NCBI GenBank assembly: GCA_963739595.1
Contig: CAVUBA010000025.1
Coordinates: 19,200-83,199, forward strand
Length of the DNA: 64,000 nt
Direction of reading: 5' to 3'
From: an uncultured Thermoleophilia bacterium
GTDB taxonomy: Bacteria; Actinomycetota; Thermoleophilia; UBA2241
The notes beneath the pieces are model-generated. The model saw only the letters and a program-made list of their open reading frames with translations, had not been told where the DNA came from and ran no database searches. Positions 60,107-64,000 of this stretch are shown here, piece after piece. Every line of letters begins with the position of its first letter. Within the stretch, counting starts at the first letter, position 1. A program made the translations under genes and the position numbers.

Positions 60107-60439
60107 ATGGAGCCCATCGAGCGCATGGTGAGCCGGGTCCTCAAGGCCGGCATCGCCATCGCCGTCGCGCTCATGGCCGTGGGGCTCGTCCTCTCGGTGT
60201 TCGACAAGGAGGGCATGCCCTCGCACGTCGTGCCGCTGGCGGACCTGCCCGCGCTGCTGGGTCACCTGGACCCCGCCGCCTATCTCTCGCTGGGGCTGAT
60301 CGTGCTGATCGCGACGCCGTTCGTGCGCGTGGCCGGCTCCATCATCGCCTTCGCGCGCGAACGGGACCTCCGCTACGTGCTCATCACCGCGGTCGTGTTC
60401 GCCGTCATGTGCCTCAGCGTGGTGCTCGGCAAGGCCTGA
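60107..60439 (+). CDS. DUF1634-family small membrane protein (a common TauE partner)
   Basis: ERMVSRVLKAGIAIAVALMAVGLVL...LIATPFVRVAGSIIAFARERDLRYVLIT. Confidence 0.7.
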   Translation: MEPIERMVSRVLKAGIAIAVALMAVGLVLSVFDKEGMPSHVVPLADLPALLGHLDPAAYLSLGLIVLIATPFVRVAGSIIAFARERDLRYVLITAVVFAVMCLSVVLGKA

Positions 60440-60497
60440 GGGCACCGGACTCGGCGCGGCCGGGCGCGGTCGGTGGCCGGCGGTGCCTGACCCGCGG

Positions 60498-61757
60498 TCA
60501 GAGAGAGCAGGTGGGGGCGGCGTCGAGGCCGCGAACGGCGGCCGCGGCGCGTCTGCCGGAGGCCATGGCGCCCTGGATGGAGGCCGTGTCCCGGTGGTCG
60601 CCGCAGACGAAGAGGCCGTCGCGCACGCGCACCGGCCGCTCCGCGGGAGCGAGCGCGGCCGGCGGCTGGGCCGGGAGCGCGAACGGGATGCGGTGGACGC
60701 GGAGCAGCCTCCAGCCGTCCACCTGCGCGCCGAACCAGCCGTGAAGCTGCTCGCGGACGGCGGTGTCGAGCGCGTCGTCGGCGAGCGGCGGGACGCCGAG
60801 CACGGTGGCCGAGACCAGCGCCGCCCCCGGCGGCGCGTAGCTCGGCGCCACGTCGCTCGGCACGCAGAGGTCGTTGACGGGCCCGCGGCCTTCGCCGTTG
60901 AGGACCAGCACGGGCTCGCCGACCGGGGAGCGGTCGGCGGCGTAGTGGAGCGTGGTGACGGCCCGCGCCGCCGGCGCCTCGACGGCGCCGGTGAGCCGGG
61001 CCGCTTCGGGACCCTCGGCGGCGACGACCACCGCCGGCGCGGCCAGCCGCTCGCCGCCGGCGAGGACCACCTCGCCCGGCGCGGCCGACTCCACCGTGAC
61101 GCCGAAGCGCACGGTCGCCTCCGGCAGGCCCTCGGCCAGCTGGCGGGGGATGGCCTGCATGCCGGCGGCCGGCAGGGCCGCCTCACCCTCGGAGAAGAGC
61201 TTGAAGACGTAGGCGAAGAGCCGGCTCGAGGTCTCGAGCGAAGGGTCCAGGAAGATGCCGCCCAGGAACGGGCGGAAGAACGCCTCGACCAGTTCGCTCG
61301 AGAAGCCCTCGCGGCGCAGCGCCTCCGCGGTGGTCACCTGCGGCGCCGTGAGCAGTTCGTTCAGCGAGAAGCGCGAGAGCCGGCGCCGCAGCCGCGCCAC
61401 GCGGAGCTTGTCGGGGAGACTGCCGGGCGCGTCACTCAGGCTGCGGATCGCCTGGAGCGGGTGGCGGAAGGGGTCGGCGATGCGCGTGAAGCCGCCGTCC
61501 CGGCGGATCAGCGCGCCGCTCTCGAACGGCCGCAGGCCGAGGCGCTCGTAGTCCAGCGCCCGGCGCGCCTCGGGGTACGCCGTGAGCAGCACCTGGAAGC
61601 CGCGGTCGAGCAGGAAGCCGTCGACCTCGTCGGTGCGCACGCGCCCGCCCGGCGCGTCGCCGCGCTCGAGGACGAGCACCTCGAGCCCGGCGGCGTGCAG
61701 CTCGCGGGCGCAGCACAGGCCGGCGAGGCCGGCGCCGACGACGATGACGTCAGGCAT
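60498..61757 (-). CDS. FAD/NAD(P)-binding amine-oxidase-like oxidoreductase
   Basis: MPDVIVVGAGLAGLCCARELHAAGLEVLVLERGDAPGGRVRTD is the dinucleotide-binding motif plus the flavin amine-oxidase GG motif. Its start overlaps the MarR stop by 8 nt. Confidence 0.75.
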   Translation of the reverse strand: MPDVIVVGAGLAGLCCARELHAAGLEVLVLERGDAPGGRVRTDEVDGFLLDRGFQVLLTAYPEARRALDYERLGLRPFESGALIRRDGGFTRIADPFRHPLQAIRSLSDAPGSLPDKLRVARLRRRLSRFSLNELLTAPQVTTAEALRREGFSSELVEAFFRPFLGGIFLDPSLETSSRLFAYVFKLFSEGEAALPAAGMQAIPRQLAEGLPEATVRFGVTVESAAPGEVVLAGGERLAAPAVVVAAEGPEAARLTGAVEAPAARAVTTLHYAADRSPVGEPVLVLNGEGRGPVNDLCVPSDVAPSYAPPGAALVSATVLGVPPLADDALDTAVREQLHGWFGAQVDGWRLLRVHRIPFALPAQPPAALAPAERPVRVRDGLFVCGDHRDTASIQGAMASGRRAAAAVRGLDAAPTCSL

Positions 61758-62289
61758 CGCCGGCGTCCGCGGCGCACTCCGCCGCCGGCGCGCCCGGCGC
61801 CACGCGGCGCCACTCCGCGTCCGTGCCCGCCGACCCCGGCACGAGAAGCTCCCAGTACGCGGCGAGTCGCTCCAGGTCGTCGCCGTCCAGCCGGTCGAGG
61901 AACAGGCGCCGGACGCCGGCGAGGTGCGTGTCGCGCGCCGCCTGGAGGCGGCGTTCACCGCCGTCGGTGAGCACCGCGAAGTAGCCGCGGCCGTCCTCGG
62001 GGCAACGCTCGCGGTCGACGAGGCCTTCTCGCTCCAGCCGGTCGACGAGTCTGGTCACGCCGCTGGCGCTGAGGAGCACGGAGCGCGAGAGGTCGGCCAT
62101 GCGCAGGCGCCACTTCGGGGCGCCCTCGAGCAGCAGCAGCACCTCGTACGAGCGAAGCGGAAGGTCGTGCGTGGCCGAGAGTTCAGCGTCCAGCTGATGG
62201 AACAGCGAGCTCTGGACGCGCAAGAATCCGCGCCACGCCGCCAGCTCGTCACGGCTGAGCCGTGCGCCGCTCTGTCCCTGCCTGCCCAA
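61750..62289 (-). CDS. MarR-family transcriptional regulator
   Basis: YEVLLLLEGAPKWRLRMADLSRSVLLSASGVTRLVDRLEREGLVDRERCPEDGRGYFAVLTDGGERRL. Preferred start TTG 62289, preceded by an AAGGAG SD. Confidence 0.65.
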   Translation of the reverse strand: MGRQGQSGARLSRDELAAWRGFLRVQSSLFHQLDAELSATHDLPLRSYEVLLLLEGAPKWRLRMADLSRSVLLSASGVTRLVDRLEREGLVDRERCPEDGRGYFAVLTDGGERRLQAARDTHLAGVRRLFLDRLDGDDLERLAAYWELLVPGSAGTDAEWRRVAPGAPAAECAADAGDA

Positions 62290-62431
62290 CAGTCTCCTTC
62301 CGGGTGCTCCTCGATGGCAGTATACCCTCGCCCGGGCGGCCTCCCGGAGCGTCTTGCATTGCCCCTGCCCGGTCAGTAGAGTCGAAGACCCACGACCCGT
62401 CTCAATCTCAACAGTCGGACGGAGGTCCACA

Positions 62432-62797
62432 GTGTCTGACGAGAAGTCCCAGGCCTGGCAGCGCCGCGATCACAGCCGCGACCTCACCGGTCTCGGATGG
62501 CTGGAGGCCGACGTCCTCCGCGTCGTCTGGGACAAGGGCGAGGTCACCGTGCGCGACGTCTACGAAGACTTGCGCGAGAACCGGCGCATCGCCTACACGA
62601 CCGTCATGAGCGTGCTCCGCAACCTGGCCGCCAAGGGTCTGCTCGAGCAGGACAAGTCGGCCGCCGCGTACGTGTACCGTCCCAAGGTCACCGACGAGCA
62701 GGTCGCGAGAGGCATCCTCGACGCCCTGGTCGACAAGATCATGGGCGGCAACCGCGCCCCGCTCATCGACTACCTGCAGCACCCCACGGACGATTGA
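62432..62797 (+). CDS. BlaI/MecI/CopY-family (penicillinase-repressor-like) transcriptional repressor
   Basis: LEADVLRVVWDKGEVTVRDVYEDLRENRRIAYTTVMSVLRNLAAKGLLEQDKSAAAYVYRP. GTG start with a GGAGG SD. No BlaR1/M56 gene follows. Confidence 0.7.
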   Translation: MSDEKSQAWQRRDHSRDLTGLGWLEADVLRVVWDKGEVTVRDVYEDLRENRRIAYTTVMSVLRNLAAKGLLEQDKSAAAYVYRPKVTDEQVARGILDALVDKIMGGNRAPLIDYLQHPTDD

Positions 62798-62815
62798 CCC
62801 ACGAGTACGGTCAAC

Positions 62816-62902
62816 GAGGGGTGCAGCGTAGCGGCACCCCTCAGTAGTCGCCGCAGGCGGACCAACGGGGGGCTCCGCAGCGGCACCCCTCAGTAGTCGC
62901 CG
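62816..62902. terminator. Two tandem copies of a 24 bp direct repeat, each within a GC-rich hairpin, between convergent genes
   Basis: Hairpin gaggggtgc-agcgtagcg-gcacccctc at 62816-62842. Direct repeat agcggcacccctcagtagtcgccg at 62830-62853 and 62879-62902. Confidence 0.35.
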
Positions 62903-62925
62903 GTTGGCGCCGGCGGCGCCCTTCG

Positions 62926-63904
62926 TCAGAGCGGCAGGCGCGTGCCCGCACCGCGCTCGATCGCCAGGTCGTACAGCGCCTTCGCCGTGACCATGTCGTC
63001 CACGGCGATGCCCATGTTCATGGAGAAGATGCGCTCCGCCGCGTGCTCGCGGCCCGGCTTGATCCCGGCCGCGAGCTCGCCGAGGTCGGCGTGGATGGCT
63101 TCAGGGATGCCGCCGAAGTACACGCCGTGGTCGCGCGTCGCGAGCAGTTGCGGCACGTCGTCGGCGCAGAACTTGTCGCAGCCGCGCATGGCGGCGCTCG
63201 TCCAGGCCGAGTCGTAGTCGAGCGAGACCGCCAGCGCGCCCTCCCTGAGGTCACCCGCGTCGAGCTCGGGCGCCGGCTCGGTCACGATGGGGATCGCCGT
63301 GACGGCGACGTCCGCCTCGCGCACGGCCGCAGCCGCGCCGTCGCAGGCGGTGAAGCGCAGCGCGGGGAACGCGGCGCTCATCTCGGCGATGAACGCGTCC
63401 GTGGCCGCCGGGAGCAGGTCGTAGCAGCGCACGGCGGCCAGGGCCGGCAGCGTCTCGACCAGCGCGGCCAGCGACGGCCGCGCCTGGACGCCACAGCCGA
63501 CGATGGCCGCGACCTCGCTGTCCGGCCGGGCGAGGTACTTCGCGGAGATGCCGGCGCTCGCGCCGGTGCGCATGGCCGTGATCCAGGCGCAGTCCATGAC
63601 CGCCAGCGGGACGCCCGTCTCCGGGTCGTTGAGCACGAGCAGCCCGGAGATGTACGGCAGGCCCTTCGCCGGGTTCGGCGGGTAGCCGCTGACCCACTTG
63701 AGGCCCGCCACCTCGGGCTCGCTGCACGTAGGCGGGCATGGCGTGGATGAAGCAATCGGGGCGGGTGTGGATGCCGGGCTTGGGCGGCATCTCCGTCAGC
63801 CCGCGGCCCTTGGCGGCGAAGCCGCCGTCGACGGCGCGCAAGACATCGCGCATCGACAGGCCGAGACCCTCGACGTCGGCGCGGCTGAGGTACAGGAGTT
63901 CCAC
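62926..63904 (-). CDS. Ornithine cyclodeaminase / mu-crystallin family protein, with a frameshift near 63720
   Basis: MELLYLSRADVEGLGLSMRDVLRAVDGGFAAKGRG (N-terminal ORF) continues in a second frame with LAVMDCAWITAMRTGASAGISAKYLARPDSEVAAIVGCGVQAR. Confidence 0.7.
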
Positions 63905-64000
63905 GGGCGGCCTCTTTCGGGCGGGTGGGCGCGGCCGGCGGCCGCGGGAAGAAACGAGGACGGCGGGCGGGCGGCAGAGCTTTCGCCGCCCGCCCGCCGT

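Overview
This 64 kb window is high-GC (about 70%+) chromosomal DNA that looks actinobacterial: GGAGG-type Shine-Dalgarno sites, GTG/TTG starts, GC3-rich codons and at least one leaderless promoter. I support about 58 protein-coding loci. I found no rRNA or tRNA genes, no CRISPR array and no transposase or integrase. All coding calls come from reading the six-frame translations; no database search was run.

Gene content is mostly transport, regulation and carbohydrate or cell-wall modification:
- threonine synthase (5' part only) and a divergent PadR regulator;
- a PHP phosphoesterase followed by a decayed GT4 remnant, and a HAD/PurM-like fusion;
- a decayed secreted papain-like protease;
- a saccharopine-dehydrogenase-like gene plus APC permease operon with a divergent HTH-GAF regulator;
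- a 1515-residue BcrA/BadF-type ATPase x2 + DUF2229/HgdB-like fusion with an upstream small ORF;
- a marR plus DHA2-MFS operon;
- an MttB-superfamily methyltransferase with no corrinoid partner in the window;
- an intact DeoR / SIS / ABC sugar importer locus convergent with a GH4 / PfkB kinase / GatZ-KbaZ-family operon;
- a stress and membrane cluster (HdeD-like, YqhA-like, K+ channel);
- two tandem MBOAT + SGNH (DUF459) modules plus a third SGNH gene, with a perfect 3 x 81 bp intergenic tandem repeat inside that locus;
- AlkA, ArfB, TauE + DUF1634, an FAD amine-oxidase-like gene with MarR, a BlaI-like repressor with no BlaR1, and an ornithine cyclodeaminase.

About 18 genes are interrupted by frameshifts. 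These cluster in particular genes, while long neighbours such as the 4.5 kb fusion gene and the 6 kb sugar locus are intact. That pattern suggests either real gene decay or localised assembly indel errors.

The candidates I would look at first are the giant activase/dehydratase-like fusion operon, the duplicated MBOAT-SGNH modules with the 81 bp repeat array, the orphan MttB homolog, and the GatZ-family-only (no GatY) tagatose-type sugar locus.
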